The notes under the pieces: generated by a model | The model's database searches: none | What the model was told of the DNA's origin: nothing | What the model saw: only the letters and a program-made list of their open reading frames with translations | Shown here: positions 50,394 through 60,382 of the stretch, one piece after another | Numbering within the stretch: the first letter of the stretch is position 1 | Layout of the letters: each line of letters opens with the position of its first letter | Program-made: the position numbers and the translations under genes | NCBI GenBank assembly: GCA_963677595.1 | Contig: OY782041.1 | Span: 2,240,001 to 2,304,000 of the forward strand | Reading direction: 5' to 3' | From: Spirochaetia bacterium | Lineage (GTDB): Bacteria; Spirochaetota; Spirochaetia; CAKZLE01 | Length of the DNA stretch: 64,000 nt

Positions 50394-53300
50394 ATGAAGC
50401 TCAGGACCAAGCTCTATCTGCTGATACTTATCACCATACTCGTGATCGTGGCGATCCTTGCCATCGATAACCACAACAACATCGTTGCAAACAACGAGCG
50501 GCTCATCGAGTCCAAGCTGCTCGCAGTCTCACGGTCCAAGACCTACAGCATCGACCACTATTTCAAGACGCTCGAGGATGAACTTGGCCTGGTCTCCAGC
50601 AGGTCCCTGCTGCTCGCACACCTGGAGGATTATCTTGCTACCGGGGACCGGGGTGTCCTTGCAGAGATCAGGGAAAGTCTCTCCCATGCAGTCGGTGCAT
50701 CCCACCTGCTCGATCAGATCACCTTGACTGACCCCGAGGGTAACGTCCTGGTCTCGACTATGGATGCAGGGGAGAGCATTTCTCCCGAGCAGGAAGAACT
50801 GGGGGAGCCGGAAGTGATCCTGGGCTTCGTGGAGGCTGACGGGAGGGAATTCGTTCATTCAAGGGTGCCGATCTATGATGAGGGGGAGACTCTTGATACC
50901 CTGATGTATGTCCTGTCTGATTTCACTGACCTGACCAGCAGTATTACCGATGTCGGCCGGATCGGCTTTGACACGGATGACACGCAGTTCGCTTGGTTCC
51001 AGGAGAACGGGGAAGCCCTCTACCTGACCCCCATGCGGTATGACCCTGACAGTGCCCTTACCAGGACCGTCAGTACTGCAGAAACATCAGTCTCTGTCAT
51101 TCAGTCATTGGACTACCCTGACGGAGGCTTCATCGAGGCTGTTGATTACCGGGGAGCCCCGGTGTTCGCCTATGTCGCCTATCTGGATGCGTATGATGTG
51201 GGGCTGTCCGTGGAGCTGGATGTTGCCGAGATCCAGGGTATGGTCAGATCTGATACGGTAAGGAGTTTCTTCCTCTTCATCCTGATCCTTGTCGGAGTCT
51301 CCATCGTGGTCCTCGTGGCCATGAACAGGCTGTTCGCCCCCCTGAAGACCTTGGCCGACTCCATGTCACAGGCCTCTGAGGATGAGTACCATGAAGTGAC
51401 GGTACCAGGGAAGGATGAGATCGGGCTGCTTGCCAGGACCTACAACGAGATGCAGCGCAGGCAGCAGACCTACATCGCTGCCGTGAGGACTGAGCAGCAG
51501 CGGTATCAATCGATCATGCAGCTTGCCACTGATGCGATCTTCCTGATCAGGCCTGAGGATGGGAGGATGGTCGAGTGCAATGCACGCACGAAGGAACTGC
51601 TTGGATACGATGATAGTGATGGGATGGAGAGCCTGACAGTCATGGACTGGGACCGGGGTATCAAGGACCTGGCGATGTTTCATGGGATCATCGATGGGAT
51701 CGGGGATGAGCCGGTCTTCTTCGAGCGAGTCCATACCTGCAAGGATGGGTCCACCTATATCGCTGCGGTGGCAGCGGCACGGATCATGCTCGACGGCACC
51801 GAATACATCTACTCGTCGGCACGGGATATCACGAGCCAGAAGGCACAGGAAGCTCTAATCCAGGCGCAGAACGAGAACCTGGAGATCGCCCAGCGGACGG
51901 CGAAGCTCGGGTTCTGGGATTATGCCATCCCTGAGGACCGGCTCACCTGGAGTGATGAGATCTACCATATCTTCGGCATCCCGCCCCAGAGCTTCAGCGA
52001 GACCTTCGAGAGCTTCCTGAGTTTCGTCCATCCTGAGGACCGGGACAGGGTCGCCGTGACCTATACCGGTTCCCTGGAGCAGAAGTCTGCAGGCTACCAG
52101 CTGCAGCACCGGGTCGTACAGGCAGACGGCACGGTGGTGTATGTGATTGAGATCGTGAAGACCGAGTATGATGGAGAGGGGAATCCCCTACGGTCCTTCG
52201 GGACGGTCCAGGACATCACGCAGTTAGCTGCGTATGAGCGGGAGATCATCGAGAAGAATGCCATGCTTGAGGAGACCCAGCATATCGCCAGGCTCGGGTT
52301 CTGGGATGCTGACATGGTGCAGGGGACGGTCACCTGCAGCAGCGAGATCTATACGATACTCGGCACTGACCCTGAGAGCTTCGATGGGTCCCTCAGTTCG
52401 TTCGGGAAGTACATCCACCCCGATGATGTCCAGGATTTCCATACCCTGCATGTCGAGTCGGTCGCGAAGCGCTCGGGTTACCAGTTCACCTACCGGATCG
52501 TACGTGACGACTGGACTGCCGTGGATGTGCAGATCCATGTCCGGTTTGAGTTCGATGAGGAGGGGAAGCCTGTCAGATCCCTTGGCGTGATGCAGGATAT
52601 TACCGAGCAGGTGGCAAACGAGAACCGGCTGCTCACCATCACCAACACGAGCCCGGATGCTATCATCATGATGGACCCGAAAGGTTTGGTCGCATTCTGG
52701 AATCCTGCTGCCCAGAAGTTGTTCGGGTATACCGCAGAGGAGGTCATGGGGAAACATCTTCATAACCTGCTGGCCCCTGAACGCTTCCATGCTGCGCACA
52801 ATGCTGCATACCCGGAATTCCTGAAGACGGGGAAGGGTGGTGCGATCGGCAAGACCTTGGATCTCCAGGCCCTGCGCAAGGATGGCAGTGAGATCGATAT
52901 CGCGCTCTCACTCGGTGCGGTTCAGCGGGATAACCAGTGGCATGCCGTGGCGGTCCTCAGGGATATCACGGAGCAGAAGCGGGTTGAGGAGTTGATCAAG
53001 AGCCAGAAGGAGGAACTCGAGACCATCTTCCAGACCTCTCTGGAAGGCATATCCCTGCTGACGGCAGACCGGAAGATGACCTATGTCAATAAGCGGTTCG
53101 CGGAGATCTTCGGCTACGAGCAGGAGGAGATGCTCTCGAAGTCTTGCCATGACCTGACTGATCCCGACTACTATGAGGAGCTTGAACGTGTCTTTGCCCA
53201 GGTGATCGAGACGGGTTCCTATGAGGGGTTCGAACGGTACTGCTACACGAAGGACGGGATAAAGAAGAGGATCAAGTCATCCATCGCCATGATGCCGGAC

Positions 53301-53852
53301 AGGGAGCATGTCCTCATGACCTCCGAGGATATCACGGAGCTCTATGATGCCATGGAGCTGATCAAGAAGCAGGCGATCACTGATGAACTGACCCAGCTGT
53401 GGAACCGCAAGGCCTATAACACGCGGGTCGGCAACGCAGTGGCCCGCTACCAGCGGTACCACGTGGTGTTCTCCCTGCTCCTCTTCGACATCGACCATTT
53501 CAAATTCATCAATGATTCCTACGGGCACCTCGTTGGAGACGATGTCCTGGTCAATGTGAGCCATATCGTCTCCTCCCTGCTGAGGAAGAATGACTATTTC
53601 TTCAGGCTCGGCGGGGATGAGTTCGTGCTGATCCTCTCGAACACCAACCTTGAGGGAGCCGCGGTATTCGCTGACCGGGTCCGTATGGCCATACAGCAAA
53701 AGGTGATCATCGTCCAGGACAGGTCTATCACCGTCAGCATGGGGGTGAGTGAAGTGGGGACTGAGGATGATCCCGATACCCTGTTCAAGCGTACCGATGA
53801 CAACCTCTACAAGGCCAAGGGCTCGGGGCGGAACTGCGTGGTCGCAAGGTAG
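50394..53852 (+). CDS. Membrane diguanylate cyclase (TM-Cache-TM-HAMP-PAS x5-GGDEF)
   Basis: DELTQLWNR, RKND I-site, RLGGDEF; five PAS/PAC repeats. Confidence 0.92.
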   Translation: MKLRTKLYLLILITILVIVAILAIDNHNNIVANNERLIESKLLAVSRSKTYSIDHYFKTLEDELGLVSSRSLLLAHLEDYLATGDRGVLAEIRESLSHAVGASHLLDQITLTDPEGNVLVSTMDAGESISPEQEELGEPEVILGFVEADGREFVHSRVPIYDEGETLDTLMYVLSDFTDLTSSITDVGRIGFDTDDTQFAWFQENGEALYLTPMRYDPDSALTRTVSTAETSVSVIQSLDYPDGGFIEAVDYRGAPVFAYVAYLDAYDVGLSVELDVAEIQGMVRSDTVRSFFLFILILVGVSIVVLVAMNRLFAPLKTLADSMSQASEDEYHEVTVPGKDEIGLLARTYNEMQRRQQTYIAAVRTEQQRYQSIMQLATDAIFLIRPEDGRMVECNARTKELLGYDDSDGMESLTVMDWDRGIKDLAMFHGIIDGIGDEPVFFERVHTCKDGSTYIAAVAAARIMLDGTEYIYSSARDITSQKAQEALIQAQNENLEIAQRTAKLGFWDYAIPEDRLTWSDEIYHIFGIPPQSFSETFESFLSFVHPEDRDRVAVTYTGSLEQKSAGYQLQHRVVQADGTVVYVIEIVKTEYDGEGNPLRSFGTVQDITQLAAYEREIIEKNAMLEETQHIARLGFWDADMVQGTVTCSSEIYTILGTDPESFDGSLSSFGKYIHPDDVQDFHTLHVESVAKRSGYQFTYRIVRDDWTAVDVQIHVRFEFDEEGKPVRSLGVMQDITEQVANENRLLTITNTSPDAIIMMDPKGLVAFWNPAAQKLFGYTAEEVMGKHLHNLLAPERFHAAHNAAYPEFLKTGKGGAIGKTLDLQALRKDGSEIDIALSLGAVQRDNQWHAVAVLRDITEQKRVEELIKSQKEELETIFQTSLEGISLLTADRKMTYVNKRFAEIFGYEQEEMLSKSCHDLTDPDYYEELERVFAQVIETGSYEGFERYCYTKDGIKKRIKSSIAMMPDREHVLMTSEDITELYDAMELIKKQAITDELTQLWNRKAYNTRVGNAVARYQRYHVVFSLLLFDIDHFKFINDSYGHLVGDDVLVNVSHIVSSLLRKNDYFFRLGGDEFVLILSNTNLEGAAVFADRVRMAIQQKVIIVQDRSITVSMGVSEVGTEDDPDTLFKRTDDNLYKAKGSGRNCVVAR

Positions 53853-53876
53853 CCCGCCCCAGGCACCCAGGATGAA

Positions 53877-55175
53877 TCAGTTCCGGTAGTCCTCAGCCGT
53901 CCGCGAGGCGACCCGTGCCCATTCCCATAACCTCTGCGGTTCGTACTCCACCGTGGAGATGTCCTTCATGATCAGCTCTACCGGGCAGCCCCTGGCAGGG
54001 TCCAGGTATTCACGTATCTCGCGTTCAGCCTTATCGGTTGACCATTCCGACACGAACACTGCCGGGTTCGGCTTCCTGCTGTGCACATACCCGTCCCCGA
54101 TGTTCCTGACAGCCGCCTCCGTGTCGTTCCACGGGCTCACCGAGATCTTTCGCAGGTTCGGTATCTTATGCAGGATGTCCATCTTCTTGCCCAGCGGTTC
54201 GCAGCAGCCGTAGTAGGTCATGCCCCAGCGCTCGAGCCACCGCAGGTCATGCTCAATGGCGAACTCCCAGTGCATCTCGGGTGACACCTCGCTGAAGATC
54301 TGGGCATTCGAGCAGCCCCACATGTCCTGCGGCCTGACCCGGTCCGGGTCGAACCCGTCACCGGGAAGCTCTGAGGTATAGCCATAACCGCCGGACCCGA
54401 TCCTGGTATTGTTGCAGTCGAGGGAGAGCAGGTTCTGCTCCTCGAACTGGTCCAGTTCTGCCATCCAGGCATCGACCATCCTCGAGACAGCAGCATGTAC
54501 CATCTCAGGCCGGAGGACCAGGTCCATCATGGCCTCCTGGATACCCCACCAACGGATGAGGAAGTCCCAGGGGGTGAACCAGATATGGGTCTGGCCCTCC
54601 TTTCTGACCGGGATGATATCCTTATAGAGGCCCTGCATCGTGGCGAATGCTATGTCAGTGGCCTGCCGGTTATGCTCGACTTTGGGCATCCTGATCTTCG
54701 CGATATCCTCAGGCTCCTTGATCTGGATGTTGAAATGGCGGGAATAGATGTCGTTATCCCCATCGGTCATGACGACATCGACATCCTCCGTGATCCCGAA
54801 GTCCGAGCTGTAGATCGACAGCGGGCAGCTGATAAAGGGGTTGATGACCATGTCGCCGGGCATGTGCTCCCACTGGTAGATCGTTCTGCGCAGCTCCCGC
54901 TCATGTTCCCGTGCCCAGGGATGCTCGGTCTGCAGGGTGAGCTCATCCTCAAAGTTCATCTCATGCCAGGGGATCTCGTTGATCCAGACCATCGGGCGTT
55001 CCGGTTCGAGGTCGTTCATCTTCTGCCAGAGGCGTGAGCGCTCCTGGTTTACCGGGTCCTGTGCATACTTCGCGATCTTCTCTCCCAGGACGCGCAGGAC
55101 AGCCTTGTCCTCATCTCGTAACCTGATCTCCTCGGCTATAGGGTATACCGGCTTATGGCTTGGATCATGCAGCAT
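53877..55175 (-). CDS. Conserved hypothetical protein, URO-D/methyltransferase-like TIM barrel
   Basis: WGIQEAMMDLVLRPEMVH, SEVSPEMHWEF, YYGCCEPL, KISVSPW. Confidence 0.65.
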   Translation of the reverse strand: MLHDPSHKPVYPIAEEIRLRDEDKAVLRVLGEKIAKYAQDPVNQERSRLWQKMNDLEPERPMVWINEIPWHEMNFEDELTLQTEHPWAREHERELRRTIYQWEHMPGDMVINPFISCPLSIYSSDFGITEDVDVVMTDGDNDIYSRHFNIQIKEPEDIAKIRMPKVEHNRQATDIAFATMQGLYKDIIPVRKEGQTHIWFTPWDFLIRWWGIQEAMMDLVLRPEMVHAAVSRMVDAWMAELDQFEEQNLLSLDCNNTRIGSGGYGYTSELPGDGFDPDRVRPQDMWGCSNAQIFSEVSPEMHWEFAIEHDLRWLERWGMTYYGCCEPLGKKMDILHKIPNLRKISVSPWNDTEAAVRNIGDGYVHSRKPNPAVFVSEWSTDKAEREIREYLDPARGCPVELIMKDISTVEYEPQRLWEWARVASRTAEDYRN

Positions 55176-55198
55176 CGTTTCCTCTCCTTCTTGTTTTC

Positions 55199-56248
55199 TT
55201 AGTACTGGCCGAACTCGTCCACTGTATCGAACATGGCCAGCACGTTCTCCACCGGGGTCTCGTCGAGGATGTAGTCATGACTTGCGGCACAGATATACCC
55301 CCCGCCCGGCTTCATGACCTCCAGGATCTTCCGTGTCTCCTCCCGGACGAACTGTGTTGAAGCTCCGTCGATGAGGACCCGGTGGGAGTCCACCGCACCG
55401 TTGAGCACGATATCCTTCCCGAAATCCCGCTTCAGCCCGGCAGGCTCCATCCCCGTGCAGTCGGGCTGCAGCGCATGAAGCCCGTCAAGTCCCGCATCGA
55501 TCATCGTGGGGATCAGCTGCCTGAACCCGCCGCAGCTGTGCATCATGACCTTCTTGTCATAGAAGTGTCCCAGGTTGATCAGGCGCTTCAGGGAGGGGAG
55601 GATGAAGGTCCTGAACCACTCGAGGCCGATCAGCGGTCCGGTCTGGCTGCCGAAGTCGTTCCCGATGAAGAAGATGTCGATCGACTCTCCGGCGGCCTCG
55701 AAGGTCCGTCGCGTGACTTCCCAGTAGTAGTCGGTGATCTTCTCGAAGAGTGCCTCGACGGCAGCGGGGTAGTCGCACATCATGTAATAGAGGTTCTCGT
55801 GCCCTACGAGGTCGATGGCATCATGCCAGAAGGGTGACCATTCGCCGCCGAGGATCGCATACGATCCCTTGTGCGGTGCGGCCTGTTCCCTGATCGTGGA
55901 GATATCGGCCCAGTCAGGGTCCGGCCAGCTGTATGCCTCTATATCTGCCGGTGTCCGTGCATCAGCGAGTGGGTGGGATGTCGGCTGGCCGTACCCGATC
56001 CCGATCCGCTCGACCCCGAAGGGACTGCACCAGGTAGCACCGGCCGAAAGCTGGTGCTCCGGCCCGCGGTAGACAGAATAGACCCGCCTGAAGTCATCTC
56101 CGAAGCGGAGGTTCAGCTCCTCATCCTGTGCTGTGCCGATATGCTGTTTTGCCTTTTCCCAGAACTCGGGACTGGCCCCGCACCACCGGGGGACTTTATC
56201 AGGTTCCTTATGCGCGAATACGGCTGCTACCCGCTCTTTCGAAGTCAT
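55199..56248 (-). CDS. Uroporphyrinogen decarboxylase / MtaA-CmuA methyltransferase family protein
   Basis: MTSKERV..PDKVP, NDFGSQTG, MHSCG, GGGYI, TPVENV. Confidence 0.85.
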   Translation of the reverse strand: MTSKERVAAVFAHKEPDKVPRWCGASPEFWEKAKQHIGTAQDEELNLRFGDDFRRVYSVYRGPEHQLSAGATWCSPFGVERIGIGYGQPTSHPLADARTPADIEAYSWPDPDWADISTIREQAAPHKGSYAILGGEWSPFWHDAIDLVGHENLYYMMCDYPAAVEALFEKITDYYWEVTRRTFEAAGESIDIFFIGNDFGSQTGPLIGLEWFRTFILPSLKRLINLGHFYDKKVMMHSCGGFRQLIPTMIDAGLDGLHALQPDCTGMEPAGLKRDFGKDIVLNGAVDSHRVLIDGASTQFVREETRKILEVMKPGGGYICAASHDYILDETPVENVLAMFDTVDEFGQY

Positions 56249-56520
56249 ACGTCGCTCCTCCTGTACACTGGGGTTGAGATCATACGGGAGATTATAGGGG
56301 GAGTACCTACGTGCAATAAAGGTTAAAGATCTTCATAAGGACTGTAAAAATTTACATAGGAACATAAGAAATTACAATATATCAGTCAAAAACAGGAGGG
56401 GAGTATGGAGAATTTTGCTGTCCGTTTCAAAATTTTTCACGTTGTTGTCTCGTGCCTCACATACTACGATGAGCCATCAATCATTTGCGATCGGCAGGAG
56501 ACTGCCAAAAGGAGAAGAAA

Positions 56521-57699
56521 ATGAGAAAGTTGTTACTGGTCACTGCCTGCCTCATCCTGGCTGCAGGGATGCTGTGTGCGAACGGCAGTTCAGAGGAGAG
56601 TTCCGCGATGAGCGCTGAAGCCGCTGAGGCGAACCTTGCTGCCTCCCGGGCTATCGATATCTCGGATGTCAAGGGCAGTGATGGCCAGCTGCTGCTCATG
56701 TATGGTGTGACACGGCCGGTGCCTGCCAAGCCGGCGGACCCGGAGATGCTCGACATGTGGAAGATCGAGTATGCCGGGAGGCAGACTGACAAGCTCCCGA
56801 TGATCGAGTCCCCCGGGGACGGGATCATCGGCAAGAAGGTCATCATGATCCAGCAGTCGGAGCATCCGTACTGGACGGCGGTAAGCAATGGTGCCAGGAT
56901 GGCCTGTGAAGCATACCAGGCAGATTATCAGATGTGGAACCCGAACGGGGACTTGAACCAGCAGAACCAGTTCGTCGACCGTGCCATCGCCGAGAAAGCC
57001 GATATGGTCCTCCTTGCACCGCTCGACGCCAAGGCTGGTGTACAGCAGTTCAAGAAGCTCTATGATGCCGGGATCCCCACTATCGCGTACAATATGATAC
57101 CGTCAGATGATGCTATGCGCTATGTTCTGGCTATCACGGCACCGGATGACTTCGGGCAGTTCAAGATGCTCGCAGAGCATCTTGCTGAATCTGTGGACGG
57201 GAAGGCCGGTGTCGGGTACATCACCCACATCCCCGGAGGATCACCCTATTTCGCACGTACGACCAATGTGATCACGTACTACGAGGAGAACTATCCTGAC
57301 ATGAAGACCCTCGATATCCAGTCACCGGGTTTCGATGCCCCGAAGACCAAGCAGGTCGTGGCAGACTGGATCACCCGGTTCGGGGATGACCTGACCTGTA
57401 TCGTAGTCTCCGATGACTCATCACAGGGACTGGGTGTTACCCAGGCTTGTGAGGAAGCTGGCAGGTCCGATATCAAGGTGATCGCGGCAGGGAACTCGAA
57501 GGTCGGCATGGACCTCGTGGCTGCCGGGAAGCTCTTCGCCATCACCTACCAGTCAGCTGAGGCAGACGGTGCTATCCCCATCAAGGTAGCTGCAGACTAC
57601 TTCAACGGGGTGGAGCTCGACACGAATGCGGCGTTCTACCTGCCCCAGGCAGTGATCACGAAGGATAACGTGGCGAACTACATGCCGGCACAGTGGTAA
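56521..57699 (+). CDS. Sugar ABC transporter substrate-binding protein (RbsB-like, Peripla_BP_4)
   Basis: Signal peptide after AAGGAG RBS; HPYWTAVSNGA, type I PBP fold. Confidence 0.88.
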   Translation: MRKLLLVTACLILAAGMLCANGSSEESSAMSAEAAEANLAASRAIDISDVKGSDGQLLLMYGVTRPVPAKPADPEMLDMWKIEYAGRQTDKLPMIESPGDGIIGKKVIMIQQSEHPYWTAVSNGARMACEAYQADYQMWNPNGDLNQQNQFVDRAIAEKADMVLLAPLDAKAGVQQFKKLYDAGIPTIAYNMIPSDDAMRYVLAITAPDDFGQFKMLAEHLAESVDGKAGVGYITHIPGGSPYFARTTNVITYYEENYPDMKTLDIQSPGFDAPKTKQVVADWITRFGDDLTCIVVSDDSSQGLGVTQACEEAGRSDIKVIAAGNSKVGMDLVAAGKLFAITYQSAEADGAIPIKVAADYFNGVELDTNAAFYLPQAVITKDNVANYMPAQW

Positions 57700-57728
57700 C
57701 GGAGTAACAGGTAATAATCGAAGTATGG

Positions 57729-57756
57729 GGACGGGTGCCTGTTGAGGTACCCGTCC
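57729..57756 (+). terminator. Intergenic hairpin after SBP gene
   Basis: GGACGGGTGCCT-gttg-AGGTACCCGTCC. Confidence 0.55.
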
Positions 57757-57783
57757 GTCAGACGATGGTATTGGGAGAGATAC

Positions 57784-59322
57784 GTGGGAGATACAGAATT
57801 TGCCCTGGAGATGAAGCAGGTCAGCAAGCGATTCCCGGGAACCCTGGCCGTGAATCATGTGGATTTCAGCGTCAGGCAGGGTGAGGTCCATGCGCTCATG
57901 GGCGAGAATGGGGCGGGCAAGTCCACCCTGATGAAGATCCTTGCCGGGTCATACAGCGACTACACCGGGGAGATCACGATACACGGCAAGAAGGTCAGCC
58001 TGCACAGCCCCGGCATGGCGAAGCAGGAGGCGGTGGGGATGATGTACCAGGAACTGAGCATCGCCTACAACCGCAGCGTCCAGGAGAATATGTTCGCCGG
58101 GGTCATCCCCGGGAAGGGCATATTCATCGATAAGGTGGAGTTGAGGAAGCGGACGATCGAATCACTGGCCCGGGTCGGGCTCGAGAGGCGTATCGACCCG
58201 GAAGTACCCATGAAGGATATCAGCCAGCATGAGTCACAGCTCATCGAGCTGGCCAAGGTACTGAACAGCAGCCCGAAGATCCTCGTGATGGATGAGCCCA
58301 CCTCGGCCCTCTCCAGTGCCGAGGTCAACATGCTCTTCGACATCATACGGGAGATCAAGAAGCACGGCGTGGCCGTGGTCTATATCTCGCACCACCTCCA
58401 TGAGGTCTTCCAGATCGCCGACCGGGTGACCGTCCTCCGTGACGGCAGGAAGATCGAGACGAAAGATATCTCGGATGTGACCAAGGAACGGCTGGTGGAG
58501 ATGATGATCGGGGAGAAGGTCTCCGATTTCTATAAGGACTCGGTCTCCCATATCGGGGAGAAGGTCCTCGAGGTGGAGGGGCTGTCCCACTACGGGTTCG
58601 TCCATGATATCTCCTTCTCCCTGAACAGGGGGGAGATCCTCGGGATCACCGGACTTGCCGGTTCGGGACGTACGGAACTCGGGCGCTGCCTGGGAGGGAT
58701 CGACCGGGTAGACAGCGGGCGCTACCGCCTTGAGGGGGAGGAGATCATCGTGCGGTCAGTGAACCAGATGCTCGGTAGGGGGGTCGCCTACCTGACCGAG
58801 AACCGGAAGACCGAAGGGCTCGCCCTGCGGCTCTCGAACCGGGTCAACCTGCTCTCCGCGATCATCCCGCGGCTCTCCCGCTGGGGGATCCACTTCCCTC
58901 ATAAGGGGGACGGCATCGTGGAGGACCTCTACCGGAAACTCTCCATCTATCCACCCGACCCCGATAAGACGACTTCCAACCTCTCAGGCGGGAACCAGCA
59001 GAAGGTCCTGCTGGCCAAGTGGCTCTCGACGAAGCCGAAGGTGCTGATCTTAGATGAGCCGACGAGAGGGGTAGACGTAGGGGCGAAGAAGCTGATCCAT
59101 GAGACGATCGTCGGCCTTGCCGAGGAAGGGGTATCTGTCCTGCTGCTCTCCTCAGACCTCCCTGAGCTTGTTGCGCTCTCGGACAGGATCTGTGTGCTGA
59201 AGCAGGGGCACATGATCGGGGAACTGCAGAAGACTGACGGGTTCGATGAGAACAAGGTCCTGTTGGCGGCGAATGGAGAAAGGAGTGTCTTCAGTGTTGA
59301 ATACCATGACAGTGCAGAATAA
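57784..59322 (+). CDS. Sugar ABC transporter ATP-binding protein (RbsA/MglA type)
   Basis: GENGAGKST, DEPTSAL, LSGGNQQKV, DEPTRGVDVG. Confidence 0.93.
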   Translation: MGDTEFALEMKQVSKRFPGTLAVNHVDFSVRQGEVHALMGENGAGKSTLMKILAGSYSDYTGEITIHGKKVSLHSPGMAKQEAVGMMYQELSIAYNRSVQENMFAGVIPGKGIFIDKVELRKRTIESLARVGLERRIDPEVPMKDISQHESQLIELAKVLNSSPKILVMDEPTSALSSAEVNMLFDIIREIKKHGVAVVYISHHLHEVFQIADRVTVLRDGRKIETKDISDVTKERLVEMMIGEKVSDFYKDSVSHIGEKVLEVEGLSHYGFVHDISFSLNRGEILGITGLAGSGRTELGRCLGGIDRVDSGRYRLEGEEIIVRSVNQMLGRGVAYLTENRKTEGLALRLSNRVNLLSAIIPRLSRWGIHFPHKGDGIVEDLYRKLSIYPPDPDKTTSNLSGGNQQKVLLAKWLSTKPKVLILDEPTRGVDVGAKKLIHETIVGLAEEGVSVLLLSSDLPELVALSDRICVLKQGHMIGELQKTDGFDENKVLLAANGERSVFSVEYHDSAE

Positions 59323-60382
59323 TGACGTACGGAAGACCAGGCACAACTCGCTTGTGGTGGTGATTAACAGGTTCGGGGTGTTCTTCATGATCATCCTGCT
59401 GGCACTGGCCGGCATGATCGTCTCCCCGAACTTCCTCAGCCCCAACAACCTGCTGAATATACTGAATGCGGTCTCATACCTCGGGATCGTGGCCGCAGGG
59501 ATCTCGTTCGTGATCTACTGCGGCCAGTTCGGGGACCTGTCCGCGCCGATGACCATGGCTACCACCGGGGTCATCTGTGTGGAGTTCATGCGGTACGGGC
59601 TCTTCTGGGGAATACTCGGGGCGGTCCTCTCTGGGGTCGTCATCGGGCTCATCAACGGCTGGGTCGTCGGCAAGCTGCGGGCGAATGCGATCATCTGGAC
59701 CCTCGCGATGAACTTCATCCTCGAGGGGCTGGTCCGCTGGTCCTACAAGGGGACCCAGATCTATCCGGACATGGCTACCGAGAAGACCTACCAGACGGGC
59801 TTCTTCCTGCCGCTGCTGGCAAAGCTCGATCCCCATATCATGGAACTCGACCTGACCTCCCGGGCACAGGCCTTCAACGGCCTGGCGACCACCTATCCCC
59901 TGGGGATACCGCTGGTCCTCTATGTGATGTTCGCCGTGATGGTTATGGGCTATATCGTCATGTCCAGGTCGGAGTTCGGGAACCAGCTGAAGGTCGTGGG
60001 ATCCAATTATGAGGTCGGGAAGATGTCCGGCATCAATGCCACGAGGACGGTCATGCTGGCATTCACGATGTCCTCGGTCTGTGCCGCGATCGCGGGTATC
60101 TTCATGACCTCGCTGAACCAGGTAGGGGCTTTCTACATCGGGCAGGGGTATGACTTCCAGGCCGTGACAGCCATCATCCTCGGCGGCATGAGCCTCGCCG
60201 GCGGCCGCGGGAGCATGGTAGGCGTCTTCGGGGGTGTCTTCACCCTGGGGCTGATCAGCAACATCCTCACCCTGCTGGGGATCGGTACCTTCACGCAGAA
60301 GATGATCACCGGGGCAATTTTCATCATCGTAGTGGCGGTCAATGCAAGGTCGCTGCGGAAACTGGGACGGGATTATGCATAG
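59306..60382 (+). CDS. Sugar ABC transporter permease (RbsC-like)
   Basis: BPD_transp_2 motifs GSNYEVGKMSGIN, GGMSLAGGRG. Confidence 0.9.
   Translation: MTVQNNDVRKTRHNSLVVVINRFGVFFMIILLALAGMIVSPNFLSPNNLLNILNAVSYLGIVAAGISFVIYCGQFGDLSAPMTMATTGVICVEFMRYGLFWGILGAVLSGVVIGLINGWVVGKLRANAIIWTLAMNFILEGLVRWSYKGTQIYPDMATEKTYQTGFFLPLLAKLDPHIMELDLTSRAQAFNGLATTYPLGIPLVLYVMFAVMVMGYIVMSRSEFGNQLKVVGSNYEVGKMSGINATRTVMLAFTMSSVCAAIAGIFMTSLNQVGAFYIGQGYDFQAVTAIILGGMSLAGGRGSMVGVFGGVFTLGLISNILTLLGIGTFTQKMITGAIFIIVVAVNARSLRKLGRDYA

Noticed and set aside
55199-56248. hemE (true uroporphyrinogen decarboxylase)
   Set aside because: Lacks the HemE W.MRQAGR signature; has HSCG of the methyltransferase-like branch
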